Part shown: positions 50,201 to 63,404 of the stretch, piece after piece
Position numbering within the stretch: position 1 is the first letter of the stretch
How the letters are laid out: each line of letters starts with the position of its first letter
Assembly (NCBI RefSeq): GCF_004010195.1
Contig: NC_057720.1
Span: 13,595,189-13,659,188 of the forward strand
Direction: 5' to 3'
Length of the DNA stretch: 64,000 bases
DNA from: Chiloscyllium plagiosum
Taxonomy: Eukaryota
Program-made: the position numbers and the translations under genes
The notes under the pieces: generated by a model
Seen by the model: only the letters and a program-made list of their open reading frames with translations
Told to the model about the DNA's origin: nothing
The model's database searches: none

Positions 50201-53200
50201 CTCAGCCTTCCCAATCTCTGCATTCTCTTAGGAACACTGGAACAGGAGTAGGCTATTCAGCCCCTCAGGTCTGTTCCATCAATCAATGAGATAATTGCTG
50301 ATCTGTGGTCTAACTTCATATTCCTGGTTTTGGCCGATATCCCTTCATACCTTTGCTTAACAAAAATGTATCTATCTCAGATTTAAAATTAACAACTGAT
50401 CTCACATCCACTTTGTGGAAGCATTCCAAATGCCTACCATCCTTCGTGTGTAGACCTGCTTCCTAACATCTCTCCTGAATGGTCTGGCTGTAATCCTCTA
50501 ACCTTACAACCCTCTGCGATTTCAGTGCTGGCATAATTTTGGCCTCTTGTATATTCCTGTCTTTAATTGGACAAACAGAAATGGTCGGGCCTTCAGTTCC
50601 CTCTGAGCCTGGAGTTCCTCTCCATCTCTCTATCTTGCCTAAAGCCACTTCTTTAAATCTACACCCTCAACAAAGGTTTTGACTACCTAACTTCAGATTG
50701 CTGGAGGGAGGTCAATGTCACAATGGTTCTGTGAAGTGACTTGGGAGAGGCATTTAAAGCTTTTTTTGTTATTCATTCATGGGATGAGGGCACCATTGGC
50801 TAGGGCAGCATTTACTGCAGTTAAGAGTCAATCACATTGCTGTGGGTCTAGAGTCACATAGAGGCCAGACCAAGTAAGGATGACAGTTACTTTCCTTAAA
50901 GGACATTAATGAACCAGATACTCTTTTACAACAGTTGACAATGGATTCATGGTCATTATTAGACTCTTAATTCCAGATTATTATTGAACTCAATTTCCAT
51001 TACCTGCCGTGGCAGGATTCAATCTCAGATCCTCAGGACATTACTGGGGTCTCTGGATTAACAATCCAGCGATAATATCACGAGGCCATTACCACCTCCT
51101 GTTGGTGTTTGGTCAAATAATAAACTTAGAACAATTTGACAAACACAGCAGGTGAGTTAGTGAGAGTGTAAGATTCTATCCTGAGAAACACTGAGGGGTT
51201 ACAAGGAGTTGGGTGCAGGGAGTGAGGGGGAAGCTGAGGAAGAGAGGATGCTAAACAGAGAGCTGCTGAAGTGCCATAGGGAGGTTGGGGTCAATCAACT
51301 GGGTAGCTTGCAATGCCGAGTGAAACAGGCATCTGGATGGGTATATAAGCAGGAAGGGTTTGGGGGATATGGGCCAAGTACTGACAATTGGGACTAGATT
51401 AACTTACGATATCTGGTTGGCGTGGACGAGTTGGACAGAAGGATCTGTTTCCTAACTGTACATGTCTATGACTCTATGCCAATAGCATGGGTTTAACTCC
51501 CACACTAGCTGAGGTTACCATGAAGGACCCTCCTTCTCAACCTCTCCCCTCACCTTAGAAATGGTGATCCTCAAGTTAAACGCAATACCAGTGATAGCTC
51601 TCTAAGGAGAGAATAGCCCTATGGTCCTCTGAGACAATGGCAACTTATACTAGAGTGCCATCACTGGTGGGATGATGGAATTATTTGAACACCAGTTCAT
51701 TTAGATTAGAGTCCCTACAGTGTGGAAACAGGCCCTTCAGCCCAACAAGTCCACACCAACCCTCCGAAGAGTAACCCACTTCCCGCTGAGTAATGCATCT
51801 AACACTATGGGTAATTTTGCATGGCCAATCCACCTGACCTGCACATCTTTGGACTGTGGGTGGAAACCCACGCAGACACGGGAGAATGTGCAAACTCCAC
51901 ACAGGTTTGGAATCGAACCCTCGTCCCTGGCACCGTGAGGCTGCAGTGCTAACCACTGAGCCACCGTACCGCCCTCTATTTTAAACATAGACTCAGGAAC
52001 AAAATATGTACAGAACTGACACAAAGATGTGACCAAACAGGAAAAGAAAAGGTTTAGTTTGTACTCAGGTCATAAATGATCATAATTTTAAAAGGGTAGG
52101 CTGTCACTTCTTTAAAATTCAAACACGTTGAGGATTTTGCCTAAAGCAGAGGTGGTTGGGTGATGGGACAGTGGTCTTTAAGATATGAAAGTGTTTGACA
52201 GGGTAGACATGGAGAAGATGGTGGTCAGATCAGAAAGAGGGCCCATAAACAAAAGCCAAACACTAATAAATTCAACAGAAAGTTTAGGAGAAATTTCTTT
52301 ACCCAGCGAATGGGGAGAATGTGGAATTTACTGTAATGTGGAGTAGATGAGCTAAGTGGCAGGAAGCTGGATGTAGGAAGAAAGGAAGATGATATGTTGA
52401 TGGGGTTAACTGACGAGGAGTGGGAAGAGACTCAAGTTGGATATGAACAGCAGGAAATGGCCTGCTCCTGGACCTGCATATTCACACAATTCCATACAAA
52501 CCTGGGTCACAATTTTGCATGAAAGCTGTTCTCTGGCACCTCCTTCCCCTTTAAGGAATTAAGAGCAAGTTATGTTATAGTAACAAAGTGAGTGACTATT
52601 TTGTAACTTACTCAGATAGAAGAACAAGGAAGGAAACTATAGGCTGAAAATAGATGGCACGTGATGAGCAAAGATGATGTGAGAGATGCTGCATAACATT
52701 CTGACCTCCAACGGTGAACTTTTTAACTGAAATACAAGCCTCACTTAAGCTCCAGTCTCAGTGCTGAGTAAACGCTGTGTATATTCTTCCCTGCAATGTA
52801 AACCTTTTGGATGGAGGCAGCCAATGTAAAATCAGCACTTTTCTTTAAGAAAATGCATTAAACAGTGAGGCCTGAGCCAGAGTTTTGCTCTGGATGTTTG
52901 CCAATGTAAATCACCATCCAAGAGTATCAATTGTTAACTTGCCCACCCACTCATCAAGCACCTTTTAAGTCTTTTTGAGGCAAATACATGAAAGAGGCCA
53001 ATTCCTCGCGTCGCTGGGATATGATGCACTTGCTTTCCCAATGCCAGGAATAAGCTGCAGTGGAAGCACTGGGATACAGGGAGCAACGAGAGCAAAAATG
53101 ATCTGCTGAGAACTCGTGCTGTCGTCTTTCCGAAACCAATCCAAAAATAATACCAGATTCGAACTTCCTGTTTTCCTCAGAGTTGTAACATTCATATTTT

Positions 53201-54148
53201 TTTAAGAAAACGGATTTCAGTTTTAAGGTGGGACTATTGGAAGTGAGATGGGAGCAGTGCTATCTGAGATACAGTTGGAGCTGTATCTTTGATTTTCATT
53301 GATTGAGCCAATAGCCTGTGTATCAGTGGGGTCTGGCCATATTTGAAGCTGTTTGATTAACTCGAGCTACGTTCTAGTTTTTGAAGTGGCAACGGTGTTT
53401 CTTTCAGTGGGACAGAAGAAGGAAAAGTGTTCAAGATATGTAAAGCGCCTTAAAGAGTTAAAAAAGACACACGCAGCTTTCTTTCATCCAAGGAGATATT
53501 TTCGAAACAGCCTGTCCAGAGATGTTATGATGGAGCAAGTGGGACCTGATGCTCCTTGCTCAGAGCTGTGGACACTACCACTGCAGCACAAGAGTCCTTC
53601 AGGGAAGATTTAAAATGTTTTTCATCAACCTGTTCAGTTATGCTATGACACACCTTTGGAGCAGCTAGGATCTGAATCTAGGCCTCTTGGCCACTGCACC
53701 ACAAAAGCCTGCAAAGCAAAACTTTTATTGTTGCAATCCTCAGGACAAATGTATAAATTTCAAATTTCAAATGATCACAATATAGAAACTATCTAAAAAT
53801 ATTGTTACACACTTCATGTGTAGACTGGTCTTTCCTGATTCACGGCAAAAGTACACAGATGTCCTACTGAGGAAATATTTGAGGTATTTTCTAATTAGAT
53901 TGTTCAGAAATGTCATTTCACAGACCTCCAGAGCAGATGGGACTTGGACCTCGGAGATGTTAGGTCAGATAAGCAAAAGCTCGATTAAAGAGATAATGTT
54001 CAAGAATTATCTTAAAGGAGGAAGGTAGAGAGAAATGTAAGGAGGTCCAGGACAGAATACCAAAGTGTAGGCACTAGGCATCTGAAACAACAGTCAGCCA
54101 GAATGGAGGAATTAAAACTGGGGATGCTCAACAATGCAGAATAAAGGG

Positions 54149-54822
54149 ACCCCACCACCAAGGAAATATTTCCCTCCCCTCCCCTATCAGCATTCCGTAA
54201 AGACCACTCCCTCCGTGACTCCCTTGTCAGGTCCACACCCCCCACCAACCCAACCTCCACTCCCGGCACCTTCCCCTGCAACCGCAGGAGGTGCAAGACT
54301 TGCGCCCATACCTCCCCCCTCACCTCCCTCCAAGGCCCCAAAGGAAACTTCCATATCCGCCACAGATCCACCTGCACCTCCACACACATCATCTATTGCA
54401 TCCTCTGCACCCAATGTGGCCTCCTCTATATTGGGGAGACAGGCCACCTACTTGCGGAGCATTTCAGAGAACACCTCTGGGACACCAGGACCAACCAACC
54501 CAACCACCCTGTGGCCCAACACTTCAACTCCCCCTCCCACTCCACCAAGGATATGCAAGTCTTTGGACTCCTCCATCATCAGACCACAATCACCCTCACC
54601 TTGACCTCTTTCCACCTATCACATTTCCGACGCCCCTCCCCCAAGTCCCTCCTCCCTACCTTTTATCTTAGCCTGCTGGACAAACTTTCCTCATTCCTGA
54701 AGAAGGGCTTATGCCCGAAACGTCGATTCTCCTGTTCCCTGGATGCTGCCTGACCTGCTGCGCTTTTCCAGCAACACATTTTCAGTTCTGATCGCCAGCA
54801 TTTGCAGTCCTCACTTTCTCCC
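54149..54822 (+). mobile_element. Penelope-like element (Neptune-type, family A): Cys linker, GIY-YIG endonuclease and terminal repeat
   Basis: AFRKDHSLRDSLVRS…PCNRRRCKTC…CTSTHIIYCILCTQCGLLYIGETG…FREH…VAQHFNSPSH. 12-bp TSD cagaataaaggg at 54137-54148 and 54823-54834. Hammerhead motif at 54697-54724. Confidence 0.93.
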
Positions 54823-56597
54823 CAGAATAAAGGGTGTGCAAGTATTTCATGGAATTGTAATCCGAGAGGAGATCATTGAGAAAGGAAGTAGTGTGGTCAA
54901 GAAGCAACTTGAAGACAAGGATGAGAACTTTGAAATCAAGAAATTGTTCGACAAGGAAACAGTGTTAATCAATAAGTACAGAGCTGGGAGTGGGACATGC
55001 TGCAAGCTAAGACATAGGCAGCAGATTTGGTTGATCTCAAGTCAACAGAGAATGGAATCTGGGGAACGAATGTCTAGCATGTTAGAATAGTCAAGTCTGG
55101 AGATAACCAAAGGCATGAATGAGGGTTTCAGCAGCATGTGAACTGAGACAGGGCAAAAGTCAGGTGATGTACTGGAGATGGAAGAGGGTGTTCTTAGTTA
55201 TGATGTGAGCTTGCCTTGGACTCAAATATGACATGAGATTTCAAACAGACTGGTTAGTCTCACATTTACCAGGGGAGGGATGGGCATTGTTTACTAGCAA
55301 ACAGATGAGAGCAGAGACTAGAAAACAATGTTTATTTGGAAGAAATGTCTGCACATCCAATACTGGGTGTCAGATAAGTTCACTGGAATGTAAAACCAGT
55401 GGAGGCTTGGAGAGAATGGTTCGGGGAGACAGAGCTGAGTGCCAACAGTGTGCAGGTGAAAAACCAATGTTACATTTTTGGATGATATCACCATGGGGTA
55501 GCCTGTACTGAGGAATCAGAAGAAGCCAAGAGGTGATCTTTGGGAGCAACAGGGGTAAGAATGCAGGAGCAGGAAGAAAAGCCAATGGACTCAGACTGCA
55601 TCTCAAACTTGTTGCAAAAACACAGCACAGGGAAAATAATTTGTCACAACTCATTGGGCAAGAGAACAAAATAAAAGCATTTCTTAAAAGTAAAGGTCAG
55701 AAAAGATTTGGGTGTTCTTTAAATGCTGTCTTAGAGCATTTCTTTAAAGGTTACGATGTCATGTAGTTTCACAGTAAGGAAGTAAAAGGAGCTTTCAGAG
55801 CACCAGCCCCACCTCAGGCCAGTCAGTGACAGTGACACATTGTGACAGTGGACAGCGGGAGGGTGGCTGATGGGAAGAATGTGATATTCCTTTCCAGCAA
55901 CTTCATAGATTGTTTAAATTCTTAGGCAATAAATTTCAAAAGCTTTGAATTGGCAATGGTCCATCCATTGAGCTGAAACAGTTGTACTTGGGTCACTGAC
56001 ATGAAGGAAGCCTTGATATCACTCTGATTTGCTGCTTAGTAAATAAATGTCTGACAAACTATGATATAATATATTGAATGTAGGACATAATCAAACTTAG
56101 TGGTTGATTTTCTAGGTTAATAAATGACGTACAAATTATGGCAACATATTTAGTAACATTGGAAGACGATAACATTTTAACTTGGTGGCTTTTAGGCATT
56201 CACTAGCTTTGCAGTGTAGTTTGTATTTATATGCAGTGAATAATATCCTTTAATTTGCTTGTGGATCTGTAAAATAACATATTCTGAAGGGGTAGAAATC
56301 TAAAACCATATAAATTTCCAACAAAAAAAGGCAAAACTTCAATTTCACAAATTACTGTAGTTTAAAATTGCCAATCATCTCACTCAGGGAACTGGAAGAT
56401 AAGCAAAATGCTTATTACACGGGATTAAACAAAACAATATACATCGTCTCAGGCATTTACTTGAATTCAATACAGGATGCACCATTTAGTCTCAATTTGA
56501 TGTGTATATTTAATTTTATAATTTCATTCTTTACCAGGAGAGATACTTTGGCATCATACATGATAACTCTCCTGGTGATAAACAAAATTCTACACAA

Positions 56598-56730
56598 ATG
56601 AAGGGCTTGTGCCCGAAACGTCGATTCTCCTGCTCCTTGAATGCTGCCTGACCCGCTGTGCTTTTCCAGCACCAACACTCTCGACTCTGATCTCCAGCAT
56701 CTGCAGTCCTCACTTTCTCTTAGTTGACTT
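56598..56730 (+). mobile_element. PLE family A terminal-repeat fragment
   Basis: atgaaGGGCttgtGCCCgaaacgtcg…, with the 5' part of the core truncated. Confidence 0.8.
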
Positions 56731-59700
56731 CTCTGATCTAGTCAGGCAATAATAGCCCAAGTCCAGTAACAAGGGATCACAATTTCAAGATTGTTAGCAA
56801 GACAGCTAGAAGCGAGATGTGGAGAAACCTCTTTACTCAGAGAGTTGTTGGGATTTGGAATGTGCTGCCTGTGAGAGTGGTGGAGGTGAATTCTATAGGA
56901 AGTTTCAAAAGAGAGGTGGATAGGTATTTGAAAGTGATGAAGTTAGAGGGCTATGGAGATAGGACTGGAGAATGGGACAAGCTGCGTAACTCTTTTTGGA
57001 GTATAGACACAATGGGTTAAATGGCCTCCTTTTGTACAGTAAAATTCTATGATTCTATGTTGCATTATAGAATGCACAGGCCCAGTTGCCAAGTCAGTGT
57101 TGGTCTGATCAAGAGTTCAAATGCCACCATGGCAGGTTCTGACATGAATTAGTGTATTCAATCTCATTCGTTGTCACTAGATCATGTGAGATCTCATAGT
57201 TTCAGAACCAATCAGGGTAGGGGAAACTCCTGCTGATCACCAAGCCCCTTCAATCAATGATTTTAAAAATCTTCACACTGAACAATACTTAGAGGACGTT
57301 CAGAGGAAAGCAAAGATGCAGAATAAGAAGGTTGGTGAGGGTACCAACATGGCATTTACTCTGACCCTTCCCACCCCTATCTGTCACAGACACACTAGTA
57401 TTGCTATATCTCTCTCCTCCTGCCAACAATCAACATGCTATTACTATTCTGGTTAATGGGACAGACCTAACATCCAGAACTGTGCATCCATGAAGCACCA
57501 CCAACAATGAAAAGCACTATGTAAATACAAGCCTTTCTTTTTATCTGAGTAACAAAAAAAATCAGCAGAAGGCAATAGATAAGTGAAGTCGTCTCACAAC
57601 AGATGGCAAAACCTGGTAACTCCGCCACATTTTCTTTTTATCCATTCGCAGGATGACAGTGTCACTGGCCAGGTCAACATTTATTGCCCATCCCTCATTG
57701 CCCAGAGGGCAGTTAAGAGTCAACCATATTGCTGTGGGTCTGGAGTCACACGTAGGCCAGACCAGGTAAAGATGGTAGTTTCCTTCCCTGAAGGACATTA
57801 GTGAACCAGGTGGGCTTTTCTGACGATCATCAATGGTCATCATTAGACTTTTAATTCCAGATGTTTATTGAATTCAAATTCCACCAGCTGTCATGGCAGG
57901 ATTTGAACCCCAGCCCCTAGAGCAAAACCTGGGTCTCTGGATTAATAATACCACCAGGCCAATACATCCCCCCAGGCCACATCCATCGGGGGAAGACAGT
58001 GTTAAATCACACAGCGAACATCTAACAACTGTGCAGCTGAAGAGGCAGGTTTGAAGCATTTGCAAGCATCGCCAGTCAAATGTGTCCTTTTCCAGAGGAC
58101 AGGGATGCAGAGGAGATTCACCAGGACATTGCCTGGGGTGGAGTATTTCAGCGATGAAGAGAAACTGGACGGGCTCAGGTTGTTTTCTTTGGAGCACAGC
58201 AGGTTGTGGGGCAAACCTGTTAGAGGTGTTAAAAGTTTTGGAGGAGCACAGAGTAAATAGAAAACAGCTGTTCTGCGTAGTATCTGTAATAGTGTATTTT
58301 TGGCAGTATGGACTCGATGGGCCAAAGGGCCTCTTCATTATTGTATGATTCTAGATCTTTGTATTTAGATCTTTGCAATCCTCATCTAAAATCCAACAGA
58401 TTTTCTTTGACTACTTGTTCTCCAACCATTGGCAGTGCTAGATAGGAATGCCAGTTTCCTTCCCCAAAGGACTTTAGTGAACCAAGATGGGATTTTCCAA
58501 TGATTGGCAATGGCTTCATGGTCATCATTAGACTCTTAATTCCATGTGTTTATTGAATTTAAATTCCATCAACTGCCATGGCAGGGTTTGAACCCAGGTC
58601 CCCAGAACATTACCTGGCTGTCTGGATTAATAATACACTAGGCCAATACATTCTTCAAGGTCACATCCATCCAGGGAAGACAGTGTTAAATCACACAGCT
58701 AACATCTAACAACTGTTACCTTAAATAATTAAGTGAGTGATTATTGCGCATCCTTGATGTTGCAGATCATTGAGGGAAGGTGATGGCCTCGTGGTATTGT
58801 ATTGTCACTGGACTGTTAATCTTGAGACCCAGGGGACAGGGGGTTGAACCCCACTATGGCAGATGGGTGGAAGTTGAATGTAACAAAATAAATCTGGAAT
58901 TAAAAGTCTAATGATGACTATGAATAGATTGTCAGGGAATAACTCATCAGTTTCACTAATGCCCTTTAGGGAAGGAAATGCCATCCTTACCTGGTATGGC
59001 CTACATGCGACCCCAGACCTAGAGCAATGTGGTTGATTTTAACTGCTCTTTGTGCAATTAGGGATGGGCAATGATTTCGAAGCTCCTCGGATGCTGCCTG
59101 AATTGCTGTGCTCTTCCAGCACCACTGATCCAGAATAATGTTGGTCCAGTCAACGATGCCCACATCCCATGAATGAGTAATAAAAAAAACTTAGTGCAGC
59201 CATGCCACATCAGTGGTAAATGAGCTGGAGGTTAGGTTCAGTTGCTGGAGGACTGGACAAGCTAATGTTCTATTCTGAATGAGGTTGAACCATTTAAGTG
59301 TCGTTGTGACTGCTTAATTCGCACCTACATTTCCAACATCAGTCGGGTGGGCACTTTTCCCAGGTATTTCTGGGGTGTCTAATAACAAAAGATAATTTTG
59401 TGAGCATTACAACACACAACCAGGGGAAAGGAGGGAAGTAGAAATCATGGGCAGTGCCAGCACGCTGGCAAGGGCTTTAGAAGGTGGGCAATGAAAATGG
59501 GTAGAGGACGGGTTTGACAAACAGCTGGAGCATCATAAGCAGCAAAAATTCCACCGTGTTGTGGTTTGGTCAAGTGAATGGGCAAAGATACTGCAATAGG
59601 AGCACTACATGGAAAAATGTGAAATTGCCCACTTTGACAGGAAGAATAGAAAACAAGCATTTCATCTTGTTGGTGAGAGGTTGCAGAGCTCAGAAATGCA

Positions 59701-61274
59701 GAGGCAGTTGATTGTTTAGGTGCATGAATCACAAAAGGTTAGCATGCAGTCACAAGAATCAATTAGGGAAACCTAACAGCGTTGTTTTATATTGTGGTGG
59801 GAATTGAATGCAAAGGAAGGTTGAATGGACGGGTTGTTTGGCAGTTTGTTCACTCCTACAGCACCTCAACTATATCTCGCCATGCTCCTGACAAAGTTTC
59901 TCAAAGAATTTAGTGTTTTTTAAAAAATGATCCTTCTCCATTTACACTGGTCCAAAGGCAGGGACTCTCATGAGTGGTCAAGCACTATTGTCCTTTCTTT
60001 CAAGACCATCATAACCAGGAAGGCTCCATTATCTCCAGGTGGATCCATGCTCAAGCCTTCAAAGAATAAGGATAGTTTCCTAATGCCACAAAAGAATCCA
60101 GGCCATATGATTGCTATTTCACAACTATCGATCACATCAACAAAACACCATTCCATTTGATATTGGGGTCTGTTTTAATCTGGATTGAGTGCAACTCAAC
60201 AAATGCCAAGACAATGGTGCACCAACATAGCTCCAATGCCAATAGTTTGGCTCCAGTCCATGTTTTCATTTTGTCAGTTCAGTTTTCGATTCCTTTGTAA
60301 ACAGAGAAATCTGGCATCTTGTACGGAATCCAAAGCTGGCCTGATTGCATTGATCAAGTGCAGGTCGGTTTGACATTTTCGCTTGGCACTAATCTCAACT
60401 CCATATAAAAATACCTCACTGGCAAGAATTTAGAGCTGAAATTTAAGCATGTGGTATTGCCAGCACAGCTTCCCCTGAGTATCCATTACTAATGAAGCAG
60501 CAAAGTAACCAACCGACATTAGTGTTAAATACCACTACATTAGAGCATTTTACACTTTGGGAATTTTAATATATTGAACCGCCACCTACCCTGTTAGAAA
60601 CTTAATCGTCTTTCATAAACAACTTATCAGGCTCATTCAGTTTCTGCATCTTGCTGTGGTTCGTCGTTTAGCATGAGACAATGAGAAAAGGAATGAGCAA
60701 CATTTTAAGGAATGGCAAGGAGGTATTCTCACCTATAGAATGTAAAGCACGTCAAATAATGTCTGAATATCAAAAGGATTGGAACACAAACTCTCACTTA
60801 TAGATTTGTGACCGGTGCATACATTTCTGCCTACAACCACATCAAAGATCAAAGCTAACAAAGCATCAGAGACCAAAGGGATTTTAAGTATGTTTGTGGG
60901 GTAAAATGTTTGTTACTAACGTATGTAATTGGCAAGCTGTTTTGCATCCTGTTCCCAACATTACTAGTTAAATTCTGTGAAATTCTGTTTAATTTAAAGG
61001 AAGAACTGCTTTCATAGAATGCCTTATTAATCTCTGAGTGACATCCAAATATTTTAGTCCTATCAGTCTGTTGTACCATTTGATTATATCTGTACCTCAG
61101 TTCCAAATAGCTCATTCTTAATTTTTATTCCTTGATACTCTTAACCCCCTCCAAAAAAAATCGATTGATCTAAGTGTGGAAAGTACCAACTGGCCCAATA
61201 TCTGTAGCATTTTATGGAGGTTGGGGCAGGCACTGCATTACAAAATAGACATCCAAGTGACCCAACTGAATCAG

Positions 61275-61708
61275 GTTAAAAATCACACAACACCAGGTTA
61301 TAGTCCAACAGGTTTAATTGGAAGCACACTAGCTTTCGGAGTGTCGCTCCTTCATCAGGTCTTAGTGGAGGGCTCAATCCTAACACAGAATTTATAGCAA
61401 ACATTTACAGTGTGATGTAACTGAAATTATACATTGAAAAATTGATTGTTAAGTCTTTCATCTGTTTGAATACCATGAATGTTTCACTTCTTTAATGTGT
61501 AAATCACAAAACTTTTTTTTAAAAGTTGCATTCTCAGGTTAGCTGTTAACAATGGGTGATAGCTAGGATTGAGCCCTCCACTACCACCTGATGAAGGAGC
61601 GTCGCTCTGAAAGCTAGTGCTTCCAATTAAACCTGTTGGACTATAACCTGATGTTGTGTGATTTTTAACCTTGTACATCCCAGTCCAACACCGGCATCTC
61701 CAAATCAT
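61275..61708. mobile_element. inverted-repeat mini-PLE (family B) with a ~175-bp AT-rich spacer
   Basis: Arms 61275-61384 and 61564-61670. 11-bp TSD aactgaatcag at 61264-61274 and 61709-61719. Hammerhead motifs at 61326-61360(-) and 61585-61619(+). Confidence 0.9.
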
Positions 61709-61732
61709 AACTGAATCAGATTTGAGTTCCGG

Positions 61733-62390
61733 TTCAGGATAGGGTTAGGGTCAGGTTAGGGTTAGGGTTAGGATTAAGGTCCTTGCAATAGGATTAGTGT
61801 TACTGTCCCTGCGATAGATTAGTGTTAGGGTTAGGATTAGGGTTAGAGTCCCTGCGATAGGTTAGTGTTAAGGTTAGGGTTAGGATTAGGGTTAGAATCC
61901 CTGCGGTAGGTTAGTGTTAGGGTTAGGATTAGGGTTAGAGTCCCTGTGACAGGTGAATGTTAGGGTTAGGATTAGGGCTAGAGTCCCTGCAATAGGTTAG
62001 GGTTATGTTTAAGTTTAGGGTTAGGATTAGGGTCTTTACGATAGGTTAGGGTTAGGGTTAGGGTTACGGTCCATGTGATAGGTTAGGAGTAGGGTTAAGG
62101 TCCCTCAATAGGTTAGGGATAGGGTCTCTGTGATAGGTTTGGATTAGGGTTAGGGTTCCTGTAATAGTTTAGGGTTAGGGTTCACATCAGGGTTAGGGTT
62201 AGGGTCCCTGCAATAGATTAGGGTTTGGGTTCGGATTAGAGTTAGGGTCCCTGCAATAGATTAGGGTTAGGGTCCCAGGAATAGGATAGTATTAGGGTTA
62301 GGGTTAGGGTTAGGTTTAAGGTTAGAGTTGGGACTCGGGTTCAGGTTTGGGTTAGAATCAGCGTTCAGGTTAGATTTAGGGTCCCTGCAA
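61733..62390 (+). repeat. interstitial telomere-like satellite (TTAGGG variants interspersed with GTCCCTGCRATAG)
   Basis: Many TTAGGG, TTAGGA and TTAGTG hexamers. The spacer recurs at 61805, 61848, 61897, 61940 and 61983 (period 43/49 bp). Confidence 0.92.
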
Positions 62391-63404
62391 CTGGTAATCT
62401 CATGAGGGCAAGTAAAGGAATCTCTACATTCTATCCGGTGTGTCTCGGGGCAGGAGCAACCACGGGGCTTGCACCCCACCAAGCCATTAAGAAGTGGCCT
62501 GACGTACTGAATTAATTTCTAAATTGAAGGGTGGAATACAGTAAGAGCGAAGACACCTCCATATTGAAGCCCCCCCACCCCTTCTCTTTTTTCCCTTCCA
62601 TGACAGCCTGCTGCTCCTCTCAGTATGAAAGGTCTCTGGTTAATTTTCTAGCTCCATGAACTTGCTGACTGCCTTTAGAGGAATGGCTAACCTGGGCCCT
62701 TTCTCTGGGTCAGTGATAGGGTTAGCCCCCTGACATCATCCTATTCACTGATAGTTAACTCCTCCCTCACCCATTTTCAAAAGTTCAGGGTCTAAACCAA
62801 GATGAGGTCTGCACCCCTACTTCCTGAGATAAAGATTCAACCTCAAGATCCAAGTTTTGTTGTAAGCTGTGTAGTTCCGTACAGTTTGTTCGTAAAAGGG
62901 CAATATATAAAATAATATTACTTTTTGTGATAACCATAAATAGTGATATGATCTTGCATTAATCCCGTAACATATTATACAGCAATTCATGCTAACATTA
63001 ATATAGATTCAGAAATTTTTAATTTTAAAGGTTTTTAAATTGGAAAATACTGTATAATGTGTCATGATGTTGACATCATTAAGCTTTCACACATGGTCCT
63101 CTTCACAGATTCTTGCAAGACACCTTATCGTTTTGGATTAAATTCGGTCTAACTGATTATAAAAAATAGGTTAATTCCTGTAAACTTTCTTTTCGTTCCT
63201 TTGTTGGGATGTTGGCGTCACTAACAAGACCAGCATTTACTGCCCTTTCCCAAATGGGAAGTTGGTGGTGAGCCACTTTCGTCATTCATTGTGACGCATG
63301 CACCTCAACTTCTTCCCTCACCTGAAGCATGGTGACCCTCAGGTTATACCAACACCAGCCCATCTCTCACTAACAGGAGAGCAGCATATCATTTGGTAGG
63401 ACTA

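Noticed and set aside
52965..53195. 76-aa minus-strand ORF in a CpG-containing tract
   Set aside because: No homology that I can recognise and no convincing splice sites.
61733..62390. True chromosome end or head-to-head fusion site
   Set aside because: The repeats are degenerate, in one orientation only (no CCCTAA block), and flanked by ordinary sequence.
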